A program made the position numbers and the translations under genes. Below are positions 41,748 through 54,203 of a DNA stretch of 64,000 nucleotides, in pieces. Source of the DNA: the human T2T-CHM13v2.0 reference genome, Homo sapiens; assembly GCF_009914755.1 (NCBI RefSeq), contig NC_060935.1, one strand, 5' to 3'. The notes beneath the pieces are model-generated. The model saw nothing but the letters and a program-made list of their open reading frames with translations. It ran no database searches and was not told where the DNA came from. Each line of letters starts with the position of its first letter. Positions within the stretch are counted from its first letter, which is position 1.

Positions 41748-42161
41748 TTTCACTCATGTCCATGTGAAGAGACCACCAAACAGGCTTTGTGTGAGCAAGA
41801 AGGCTGTTTATTTCACCTGGGTGCAGGCAGGCTGAGTCTGAAAAGAGAGTCAGCGAAGGGAGATAGGGGTGGGGCCATTTTATAAGATATGGGTAGGTAA
41901 AGGAAAATTATATTCAAAGAGGGGTTGTTCTCTGGCGGGCAGGAGTGGGGGTCACCAGTTGGTCAGTAGGGGAGCTTTTGAGCCAGGATGAGCCAGGAGA
42001 AGGAATTTCACAAGATAATGTCATCAGTTAAGGCAGGAACAGGCCATTTTCATTTCTTTTGTGGTGGAATGTCATCAGTTAAGGCAGGAACCGGCCATCT
42101 GGATGTGTACATGCAGGTCACAGGGGATATGATGGCTTAGCTTAGGCTCAGAGGCCTGACA
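41748..42161 (-). promoter_or_regulatory. 5' LTR7 (promoter LTR)
   Basis: Minus-strand TATAAAA near 41878-41884, GGCCCCACCCC GC/KLF box 41866-41876, two CCTGCCTTAACTGATGACATT repeats. Confidence 0.92.
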
Positions 42162-42267
42162 AAGCAGGAGCTGCCGCTGTGGCCCGTGCTGGCCCACCTG
42201 GAGAAGCAAGGTCTGGAGCCCCGTCCCACAGCATGTCCTGAGACGGTGGCTTGTTCTGCATCTGTGA

Positions 42268-42705
<438 letters not shown>

Positions 42706-43619
42706 GTAAATAGCTGTAAATAGCCATATGTAACTAAGGGCTGCCTGTGGGAGAGCTGCGGAAGAGGCTCTGACAGTCAGCTTGGGAGCCAGTTCTTGCC
42801 AATGGAAGGGAATGCCTGCAACTGGGTCCCGAGTCCAAGCCCCTTGGGAACTCTCAGTGCCCAGCAGGCTCCTCCCACCCTGCTCGTGTGCTTCTGTGCC
42901 AAGTCCCTGACTGAGCTGCCACCTTGCTCTCTGGTTTGTCCTCCTGCTCCCCAGTGAGTGGTGCCAGCCCCAAAATGGCACCTGGCAATCAAGGACTGTG
43001 ACAACCTGCCCCTCTCCTGCACACGCCTGCCTTTGAGAACTCCACTCTGTCCAAAACCCCAGATGCTGCCAGGGCCCTGCCTCTGGTCAGATGTCCTCAG
43101 TATTTGAATAGCATCTCTTTGAGTGCCTCTGCAGACGCCTTGCCCACAGAGTGGGTGGATCCACATCAGTCCCCACCGACCCAAGAGCACGGTCCTCCCC
43201 ACCCTGTGCTTCAGGTTGTCGCCACGTGTTCTTGTGAGTGTGGCAAGGCAGCTTGAAGCAGCGGGAAGGAACTCAGGCTCCAAGTGCAGAAAAACATAGA
43301 CGCAAAACCTGACTTGCTTCTTCCTATCTGTAAGGTCTTGGGCAATTGTAACTTTTCTGAGTGTCAATATCTTCTCCCCATCATGGAGTTACCATTGTAT
43401 CTACCTTTCAGTAATATAAGGACTAGATATAGTATTTGCAAAATATGTTCTGTAAATGACATCTATTGAGGAAGAGGAAGATGATAATAATGTAAATATA
43501 ATTATATGCTTTACTTCTTCAGCTAGACCCACCACCTCCACCTCCACCTATTCCTAGTTTATTCTCTTTTCTCAATGACCCCACAATAGTCCCAAAGATT
43601 TAAAAAACAAAATATATGG

Positions 43620-44330
43620 GGACAATTCCTAAGAGAAATTGCCAGATTTACTTTACTAAGTAGAGCACAAGTGAGAAACAACACAAACACTAAAAGAAAA
43701 ATTTTGGAAATATGCTTAAACCTGCTAATCATTAAATTAGTGAAGAGAAAACCACTGCTCAAACTATTAAAGAGCCTTCTAGAGCAACAGAATTCTGTAC
43801 TGGCAGCATTGTAAATTGGTATAAGAATTCCAGAAAGCAATCTGCTAAGAGTCATTCATTCAGTAGACAAGTATTGAATGCCTACCAACCAGATATTTTG
43901 TTAGGCTCTGGGGATACAGAATGAATAAGGCCAGATCCTTATTCACAAAAGCTTATGAAATGGTTGGCATACATAACGTGTCATCACAAAACTCCATCTT
44001 ACTTCTTGACTCAGTAACCACAAGTAAATAATATTAAAAAGGTATTTTCATATATTGATGTGCATTGCTAAACCATCTATAATAGTGAAAGACTAGCTAC
44101 CTGCTACCCAAATACCCAAACAAGCAATGTTTAAAATTAGAATAATTTATTAATAGAATAAAAGTTAACAGTGAAATCCAAATTACAAATATGAGAACTA
44201 TAGAGACATGACAAATAATGCCAAATGGAAAGAATACAAAATAGCATCTATATAATAATTAAGTATGAAAAGTTGTGCATGAATAACCTAAGAATCAGAT
44301 ATCAGTGAATTTTATCAATGGGGATTTCGT
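43620..44330 (+). mobile_element. Ancient L1ME-like 3' fragments with a short L2 insert (~43853-43955)
   Basis: A-rich; TGTAAATTGGTATAA..GAAAGCAATCTG; CATTCATTCAGTAGACAAGTATTGAATGCCTAC (L2). Confidence 0.5.
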
Positions 44331-44350
44331 TTCAAGTGGAGGAAGAGGAT

Positions 44351-44775
44351 TGTGGCAGTCACGAGAGCTCCTGATGTTGACTGTCTTCACATCCCACCCT
44401 TCCTACTTCCCAGATCATGGTATCGTGGTAGGATGGCAAGTTTCTGACCCTTTTGAAGTCAGGCAAAGTCATGAGATTTGCTTAGGCCAAAAACATGTAA
44501 GCATAAGAGCCACATGGTTTTTCTCAGGGTGGTCTTTCTCTTAAAGTGAAGCCAGTTCTCTTCATATGGACAATTTACCACATTCCTTTCTTGCTACCAT
44601 CACAACTGACAGCACTTTATATGTTAGATGTTCTGTCAACCTGAATTCTGGAGTAAAGGGATATGAAACAGAGGCCCAGATGACCTGAAATGTATACTTA
44701 TCAAGTGTGAAAAATAAAATTTTGTTATTTTGAGCCCTGAAATGCTTTTTCTAACCAATATCCCGATCAGTACAG
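44351..44775 (+). mobile_element. MLT1J/K-like LTR
   Basis: TGTGGCAG start; TGAAGTCAGGCAAAGTCATGAGATTTGCTTAGGCCAA; GAAAAATAAAATTTTGTTATTTTGAGCC. Confidence 0.6.
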
Positions 44776-45397
44776 ATATGTGTGTTGTTGTTGTTTTTTT
44801 TAAACTTTGTAGACAGCTTATTACTTCTGAAGGGATCCTGACATGGCTTTGCAGAGCTGTAACAGATCACAGGGTGCCATGAGCTTTATGTCCTTAGACC
44901 CACCACCTAGGAGAACTCCTTGCATGTCTGCAAGCATGAAAGGGTCTGAACACCAACTGGTGTGTTCCAAGCCAGTAGTTCTAAAACTTTTTGGTCTCTG
45001 GAACCCTTTATGTCCTTCAAAAACATGAGGTTCTTGGTGTATAGCAGGGTTACCAATTTGTGTACATTAATTTTGTATCCTGAAACCTTGCTGAATTCAT
45101 TTATCAGTAGCTGTGCTACTCACCAACAGTGGCCAAGCTGAGAATCAAATCAACAACTCAACCCCTTTTACAATAGCTACAAATAAATAAAACACTTAGG
45201 AATGTATCTAACCAAGGAGGTGAAAGAACTCTATAAGGAAAACTACAAAACACTACTGAAAGAAATCATAGATGACACAAACAAAAGGAAACACATCCCA
45301 TGCTTGTGGATGGGTAGAATCAATATTGTGAAAATGACCATCCTGCCAAAAGCAATCTACAAATTCAATGCAATTCCCATAAAAATACCACCATCAT

Positions 45398-45783
<386 letters not shown>

Positions 45784-46849
45784 TTATACTATAAGGCCAT
45801 AGTCACCAAAACGGCATGGTGCTGGTATAAAAATAGGCACATAGACCAATGGAACTGAACAGAGAACCCAGAAATAAAGCCAAATACTCACAGCCAACTC
45901 ATCTTCAACAAAGCAAACAAAAACATATTGTGGGGAAAGGACACGCTATTCAACAAATGGTGATGGGATAATTGGCAAGCCACATGCAGAAGAATGAAAC
46001 TAGATCCTCATCTCTCACCTTATACAAAAATCAACTCAAGATGGATCAAGAACTTAAATCGAAGACCTGAAACCCTAAAAATTCTAGAAGACAACATCAG
46101 AAAAACCCTTCTGGACATTAGCTTAGGCAAAGACTTTATAACCAAGAACCCAAAAGCAAATGCAACAAAAACAATGACTAATAGGTAGGACTTCATTAAA
46201 CTAAAACGTTTCTGCACAGTAAAAGAAACCATCATCAGAGTAAACAGACAACCCACAGACAATCTATGGAGATTGTGGAGACACTCTTCATAATTTACAC
46301 ATCTGATGAAGGACTAATATCGAGAATCTATAGTGAACTCAAACAAATTAGCAAGAAAAAACAATCCCATCAAAAAGTGGGCTAAGGACATGAACAGACA
46401 ATTCTCAAAAGAAGATATACAAATGACTAACAAACATTTGAAAAAATGGTCAGCTTCACTGATGATCAGGGTAATGCAAATCAAAACAGCAGTGCAATAC
46501 CACCTTACTCCTGCAAGAATGGCCATAATAAAAAAAATAATAGATGTTGGCAGGGATGCAGTGAAAAGGGAACACTTTTACACTGCTGGTGGGAATGTAA
46601 ACTAGTACAACTACTATGGAAAACAGTGTGGAAATTCCTTAAAGAACTAAAAGTAGAACTACCATTTGATACAGCAATCCCACTACATTTGATCCAGATA
46701 ATCCTCTGGGTATTTACCCAGAGGAAAAGAAGTCATTATACAAAAAAGATACTTGCACACACGTTTATAGCTGTGCAATTCCACAGTTGCAAAAATATGG
46801 AACCAGCCCAAATGCTTATCAGTCAATAAGTGGATAAAGAAATTCTACC

Positions 46850-48697
46850 ATATATATATGATATATATAATATATATACATATATGTATAGTATACATAT
46901 ATACATATACATATATGTATATAATATATGTATATACATATCTTATATATATATCTTATATATGATATTTCTTATGCTATGAGATATATATCTTATGCTA
47001 TGAGATATATATCTCATATGAGATATATATCTCATATATCTCATATATCTCATATGAGATATATATCTCATATATCTTATGCTATGAGATATATATCTCA
47101 TATATCTTATGCTATGAGATATATATCTCATATCTTATGCTATGAGATATATATCTCATATATATCTTATGATATATATCTCATATATATCTTATATATA
47201 TCTCATATATATCTTATGATATATATCTCATATATCTCTTATATATGAGATATATATCTCATATATCTCTTATATATGAGATATATCTCATATATCTTAT
47301 GCTATGAGATATATATCTCATATATCTTATGCTATGAGATATATATCTCATATATCTTATGCTATGAGATATATATCTCATATATCTTATGATATGAGAT
47401 ATATATCTCATATATATCTTATGATATATATCTCATATATATCTTATGATATATATCTCATATATATCTTATATATATCTCATATATATCTTATATATAT
47501 CTCATATATCTTATGATATATATATCTCATATATATCTTATATATGATATATATCATATATATCTTATCTTATATATCTCATATATATCTTATATATATC
47601 TCATATATATCTTATATATATCTCATATATATCTTATATATATCTCATATATATCTTATGATATATATCTCATATATATCTTATGATGTATATCTCTCAT
47701 ATATATCTTATGATGTATATATCTCATATATATCTTATGTATATATCTCATATATATCTTATGATGTATATATCTCATATATATCTTATGATGTATATAT
47801 CTCATATATATCTTATGATGTATATATCTCATATCTTATGATATATATATCTCATATATCTTATGATATATATATCTCATATATATTATGATATATATAT
47901 CTCATATATCTTATGATATATATATCTCATATATATTATGATATGTATATCTCATATATCTTATGATATATATATCATATATCTTATGATATATATATCT
48001 CATATATAACTTATGATATATATATCTCACATATATCTTATATATATGAGATATATATATCTCATGTATATCTTATATATATGAGATCTAGATCTCATAT
48101 ATATCTTATATGTGATGTATAGATCCCATATATATCTTATATGTGATGTATAGATCCCATATATATCTTATATGTGATGTATAGATCCCATATATATCTT
48201 ATATGTGATGTATAGATCCCATATATATCTTACATGTGATGTATAGATCCCATATATATCTTATATGTGATGATGTATAGATCCCATATATATCTTATAT
48301 GTGATGTATAGATCTCATATATATCTTATATGTGATGTATAGATATCATATATATAAAAGTGTTCCCTTTTACATTTTTCAAATGTTAGTCATTTGTAAA
48401 AATGTTCACTTATATATGTATATATGTATATGTATATATACATATATACATATATACATATATGTGTATATATACATATATACATATATATACCGTGTAT
48501 ATATATACATATATATACACTGCATATATATACATATATATACCGTGTATATATATACATATATATACACTGCATATATATACAGATATATACAGTGTAT
48601 ATATATACAGATATATGCAGTGTATATATATACAGTGTATATATATACGTTGTGTATATATATACAGTGTATATGTATACGTTGTGTATATATATAC
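46850..48697. repeat. Complex (TA)-derived minisatellite, ~1.85 kb, inside L1PB
   Basis: Units such as GAGATATATATCTCATATATCTTATGCTAT (30 bp) and GTGATGTATAGATCCCATATATATCTTATAT (31 bp). Confidence 0.97.
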
Positions 48698-49909
48698 CGT
48701 AGAATACTATTCAGCCATAAAAAGGAACAAAACAATGGCATTTGCAGCAAACTGGATGGAATTGAAGACCGTTATTCTAAGTGAAGTAACTCAGGAATGG
48801 AAAGTCAAACATCGTATATTCTCACTGATAAGTGGGAGCTAAGCTATGAGGATGCAAATGCATAAGAATGATACAATGGACTCGGGACTCGGGGACAGGG
48901 TGCGAGGCGGGTGAGGGATAAAAGACTACACATTGGGTACAGCATACACTGCTCGGGTGATGGGTGCACCCAAATCTCGCAGATCACCACTGAAGAACTT
49001 ACTCATGTAAGCAAACACAACCTGTTTCCCAAAAGCCTATGAAAAAAAAAGAGAAAAATGAATAAAATAAAGAACTAAAAACAAATGAGGTTCTTAAAAG
49101 GAATTAATATTACATGTGGGTTATTGCTGTGAATATTGCCATATTAGCAATAAAAACTGAAAAAAACCAAGAGTATCAATTAATGTAAAAGCAACAAAAT
49201 TCCTTTACACAGTAACAAAAAAAGAATAACCATATTTTCACAAATAAAAAAAAGAGAATGTGTCATTATTTTACATTTTGCCAGTATCATTAATGTCTGA
49301 TTTAATAGAATTTAGTTAGGGACTCATTTCTGTTTTCGTATTCAATCTGTTGGAATAAGTTGTTTTGATCAAAGTATCTGAAAATGTGGCCTCATACAGA
49401 CATGTAGTAGGGAAAGGGAGAAATACTCTAACAGACTTTTCAGGTAACTGTGGCTATTCTTCTTTGACACTGACCTGTAATTGACTGTTAGTACTAGCTT
49501 TTTAAAGGCCAATGAGATATGGAATCTGACACAATATCAGGAAACTTTTCATACTCTGTTATATAAAAATTATTGGCTTATTTTATACTTTTTTATTATA
49601 GTTTAAGTTCTGGGATACATGTGCAGAACGTGCAGGTTTGTTACATAGGTAGAAATGTGCCATGGTGGTTTGCTGCACCCATCAACCAGTCATCTACATT
49701 AGATATTTATCCTAATGCTATCCCTCCCCTTGCCCCCTACCCCACAACACGCCCTAGTGTGTGATGTTCTCCTCCCTGTGTCCATGCATTTTCATTGTTC
49801 AACTCCCAGTTATGAGTGGGAACATGTGGTGTTTGGTTTTCTGTTCTGTGTTAGTTTGCTGAGAATAATAGTTTCCAGCTTCATCCATGTCCCTGCAAAG
49901 GATATGAAC

Positions 49910-52900
49910 TCATTTTTTATGGCTGCATAGTATTCCATGGTGTATATGTGCCACATTTTTTTTTATCCAGTCTATCATTGATGGGCATTTGGGTTGGTTC
50001 CAAGTCTTTGCAATTGTGAATAGTGCTGCAATAGACATATATGTGCATGTGTCTTTACAGTAGAATGATTTATAACCTTTTGGGTATATACCGAGTAATG
50101 AGATTGCTATGTCAAATGATATTTCTAGTTCTAGATCCTTAGGAATCACCACAATGCCTTCCACAATGGTGGAATTAATTTAGACTCCCACCAACAGTGT
50201 ATAAGTGTTCCTATTTCCCCACATCCTCTCCAGCATCTGTTGCTTCCTGACTTTTTAATGATCACCCTTCTAACCAGCATGAGATGGTATCTCATTGTGG
50301 TTTTGATTTACATTTGTCTAATGACAAGTGAGGGTGAGCTTTTTTTCATGATTATTGGCTGCATAAATGTCTTCTTTTGAGAAGTGTCTGTTCATATCCT
50401 TTGCCCACTTTTTGATTTTTTTTCTTGTAAATTTGTTTAAGTTCCTTGTAGATTCTGGATATTAGCCCTTTGTCAGATGGATAGATTTCAAAAATTTTCT
50501 CCCATTCTGTAGGTTGCCTGTTCACTCTGATGGTAGTTTCTTTTGTTGTGTAGAAGCTAGTTTGCTTAATTAGATCCCATTTGTCAATTTTAGCTTTTGT
50601 TGCCATTGCTTTTGGTGTTTTAGTCATGTAGCTTTCGTCCATGCTTATGTCCTGAATGGTATTGCCTAGGTTTTCTTCTAGGGTTTTTATGGTTTTGCCT
50701 TACATTTAAGTCTTTAATGCTTCTTGAGTTAATCTTTGTATAAGGTATAAAGAAGGGGTCCAGTTTCAGTTTTCCACATATGGTTAGCCTGTTTTCCCAG
50801 CACCATTTATTAAATAGGAAATCCTTTCCCCGTTGCTTGTTTTTGTCAAGTTTGTCAAAGATCAGCTGGTTGTAGATGTGTGGTGTTATTTCTGAGGCCT
50901 CTGTTCTGTTCCATTGGTCTATATATCTGTTTTGGTACCAAGTACCATGCTGTTTTGGTTACTGTAGCCTTGTAGTATAGTTTGAAGTCAGGTAGCATGA
51001 TGCCTTCAGCTTTGTTCTTTTTGCTTAGGATTGTCTTGGCTATTCAGGCTCTTTTTTTGGTTCCATATGAAATTTAAAGTAGTTTTTTCTAATTCTGTGA
51101 AGAAAGTCAATGGTAGCTTGATGGGGATAGCATTGAATCTACAAATTACTTTGGACAGTATGGCCGTTTTCACGATATTATTTCTTCCCATCCATAAGTG
51201 TGGGATGTTTTTCCATTTGTTTGTGTCCTCTCTTATTTCCTTGAGCAGTGGTTTGTAGTTCTCCTTAAAGAGGACCTTCACATCCCTTGTAAGTTGTATT
51301 CCTAGGTATTTTATTTTCTTTGTAGCAATTGTGAATGGGAGTTCACTCATGATTTGGCTCTCTGTTTGTCTATTATTGGCATATAAGAATGCTTGTGATT
51401 TTTGCACATTGATTTCTTATCCTGAGATTTTGCTGAAATTGCTTATCAGCTTAAGAAGATTTTGGGCTGAGACAATGGGGTTTTCTAAATATACAATCAT
51501 GTCATCTGCAAACAGAGACAATTTGACTTCCTCTCTTCCTATCTGAATATTTTCCCTTGCCTAATTGCCCTGGCCAGAGCTTCCAATACTATGTTGAATA
51601 GGAGTGGTGAGAGAGGGCATCCTTGGCCTGTGCTGATTTTCAAAGGAAGTACTTCCAGCTTTTGCCCATTCATTATGATATTGGCTGTGGGTTTGTCATA
51701 AATAGCCCATATTATTTTGAGATATGTTCCATCAATACCTAGTTTACTGAGTGTTTTTAGTGTGGAGGGGTGTTGAATTTTATCAAAGGCCTTTTCTGCA
51801 TCTATTGAGATAATCATGTGGTTTTTGTCTTTGCTCCTGTATATGTAATGGATTACGTTTATTGATTTGCTTGAACCAGCCTTGCATCCCAGGGATGAAG
51901 CCAACTTGATAGCGGTGGATAAGCTTTTTAATGTGCTGCTGGATTTGGTTTGCCAGTATTTTATTGAATATTTTCACACCAATGTTCATCAAGGATATTA
52001 GTCTGAAATTTTCTTTTTTTGTTGTGTCTATACCAGGTTTTGGTATCAGGATGATGCTGGCCTCATAAAATGAGTTAGGGAGGAGTCCTTCTTTTTCTAT
52101 TGTTTGGAATAGTTTTAGAAGGAATGGTACCAGCTCTTCTTTTTACCTCTTGTAGAATTTGGCTGTGAATCCATCTGGTCCTGGGCTTTTTTGGATGGTA
52201 GGCTATAAATTACTGACTCAATTTCAGAACTTGTTATTGGTCTATTCAGGGATTCAACTTCTTCCTGGTTTAGTCTTGGGAAGGTGTATGTCTCTAGGAT
52301 TTTATTCATTTCTTCTAGATTTTCTAGTTTATTTGCGTACAGGTGTTTATAGTATTCTCTGAAGGTAGTTGGTATTTCTGTGGGATCAGAGGTGGTATCT
52401 TTTATCATTTTTTATTGTGTCTATTTCATTCTTCTCTCTTTTCTTCTTTATTTGTCTAGCTAGCTGTCTATTTTGTTAACCTTTTCAAAAAAACAGCTCT
52501 TGGATTCATTGATTTTTTTGAAGGGTTTTTCATGTCTCTCTCTCCTTCAGTTCTGCCCTGATCTTAGCTATTTCCTGTTTTCTGCTAGCTTTTGAATTTG
52601 TTTGCTCTTGCTTCTCTAGTTCTTTAAATTGTGATGTTAGGGTGTCAATTTTAGATCCTTCCCACTTTCTACTGTGAGCATTTAGTGCTATAAATTTCCC
52701 TCCAAACACTGCTTTAGCTGTGTCCCAGAGATTCTGGTACGTTGTGTCTTTGTTCTCATTGGTTTCAAAGAACTTATTTATTTATGTCTTAATTTCATTA
52801 TTTACCCTGTAGTTATTCAGGAGCAAGTTGTTCAGTTCCCATGTTGTTGTGTGGTTTTAAGTGAGTGTCTTAATCCCGAGTTTTAATTTGATTGCACTGT

Positions 52901-53406
52901 GGTCTGAGAGACTGTTATGATTTCCATTCTTTTGCATTTGCTGAGGAGTATTTTACTTCCAATTATGTGGTCAATTTCAGAATAAGTGCTATGTGGTGCT
53001 GAGAATAATGTATATTTGTTGACTTGGGGTGGAGAGTTCTGTACATTTATATTAGGTCCACTTGTTCCAGAGCTGAGTTCAAGTCCTGAATATTCATGTT
53101 AATTTTCTGTCTCATTGATCTGTCTAATATTGACAGTGGGGTGTTAAAGTCTCCCACTATTATTGTGTGGGAGTCTAAGTCTCTTTGTTGATCTCTAAGA
53201 ACTTGCTTTATTAATCTGGATGCTCCTGTATTGGGTTCATATATATTTAGGATATTTAGCTCTTCTTGTTGCATTGATCCCTTTACCATTATGTAATACC
53301 CTTCTTTGTCGTTTTTTATCTTTGTTGGTTCAAAGTCTGTTTTATCAGAGACTAGGATTGCAATCCCTGCCTTTTTTGTTTGTTTGTTTATTTGTTTGCT
53401 TTCCAT
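49910..53406 (-). pseudogene. L1 ORF2p remnant (endonuclease + RT), fragmented
   Basis: IIVGDFNTPLS (EN), [11 protein letters not shown] and [16 protein letters not shown] (RT) in separate short ORFs. Confidence 0.92.
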
Positions 53407-53690
53407 TTGCTTGGTAAATATCCCTCCATCCCTTTATTTTGAGCCTATGTGTGTCTTTGTATGTGAGATAGGTCTCCTGAGTACAGCACACCAGTGGGTC
53501 TTGACTCTAGACAATTTGCCAGTCTGTGTCTTTTAACTGGGGCATTTAGTCCATTTACATTTAAGGTTTATATTGTTATGTGTGAATTTGATCCTGTCAT
53601 TATGATACTAGCTGGTTATTTTGCCCATTAGTTGATGCGGTTTTTTCATAGTGTCAATGGTCTTTATATTTTGGTATGTTTTTGCAGTGG

Positions 53691-54203
53691 CTAATACTGG
53701 TTTTTCCTTTCCACATTAAGTGCTTCCTTTAGGAGCCCTTGCAAGGCAGGCCTGGTGATGACAAAATGCCTCAGCATTTGCTTGTCTGTGAAGGATGTTA
53801 TTTCTCCTTCACTTATGAAGCTTAGTTTAGCTGGATATGAAATTCTGGGTTGAAATTTATTTTCTTTAAGAATGTTGAATGTTGGCCCCCACTTTCTTCT
53901 GGCTTGTAGAGTTTCTGGAGAGAGATCTGCTGTTAGTCTGATGGGCTTCCCTTTGTGGGTTACCTGACGTTTCTCTCTGGCTGCCCTTAACATTTTTTCC
54001 TTTGTTTCAGCCTTGGTGAATCTGATGATTATGTGTCTTTGGGTTGCTCTTCTTGAGGAGTATCTTTGTGGTGTTCTCTGTATTTCCTGAATTTGAATGT
54101 TGGCCTGTCTTTCTAGGTTGGGGAAGTTCTCCTGGATAATATCCTGAAGTGTGTTTTCTAACTTGGTTCCATTCTCCCCATCACTTTTAGGTACACCAAT
54201 CAA
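53691..54203 (-). pseudogene. L1 ORF1p C-terminal remnant
   Basis: LQDIIQENFPNL..KGKPIRLTADLS..FQPRISYPAKLSF. Confidence 0.92.

Larger units (their letters stand above)
36408..42161 (-). mobile_element. HERV-H provirus, two LTR7, common internally deleted ~5.75-kb form
   Basis: Paired LTRs starting TGTCAGGCCTCTGAGCC on minus strand; 5-bp TSD AAGCA at 36403-36407 and 42162-42166; tRNA-His PBS; gag/pro/pol remnants. Confidence 0.97.

Noticed and set aside
42777-43367. Longest non-transposon ORF (196 aa, minus strand)
   Set aside because: Non-ATG start, no recognisable domain, GC-rich sequence where chance ORFs are expected.
46850-48697. CRISPR-like or other repeat-spacer array
   Set aside because: No unique spacers or cas genes; eukaryotic simple-repeat expansion.
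46928-48842. ORFs with repeating MRYISHISYA and Y/I-rich peptides
   Set aside because: Translations of the AT minisatellite, open in several frames and on both strands; no coding evidence.
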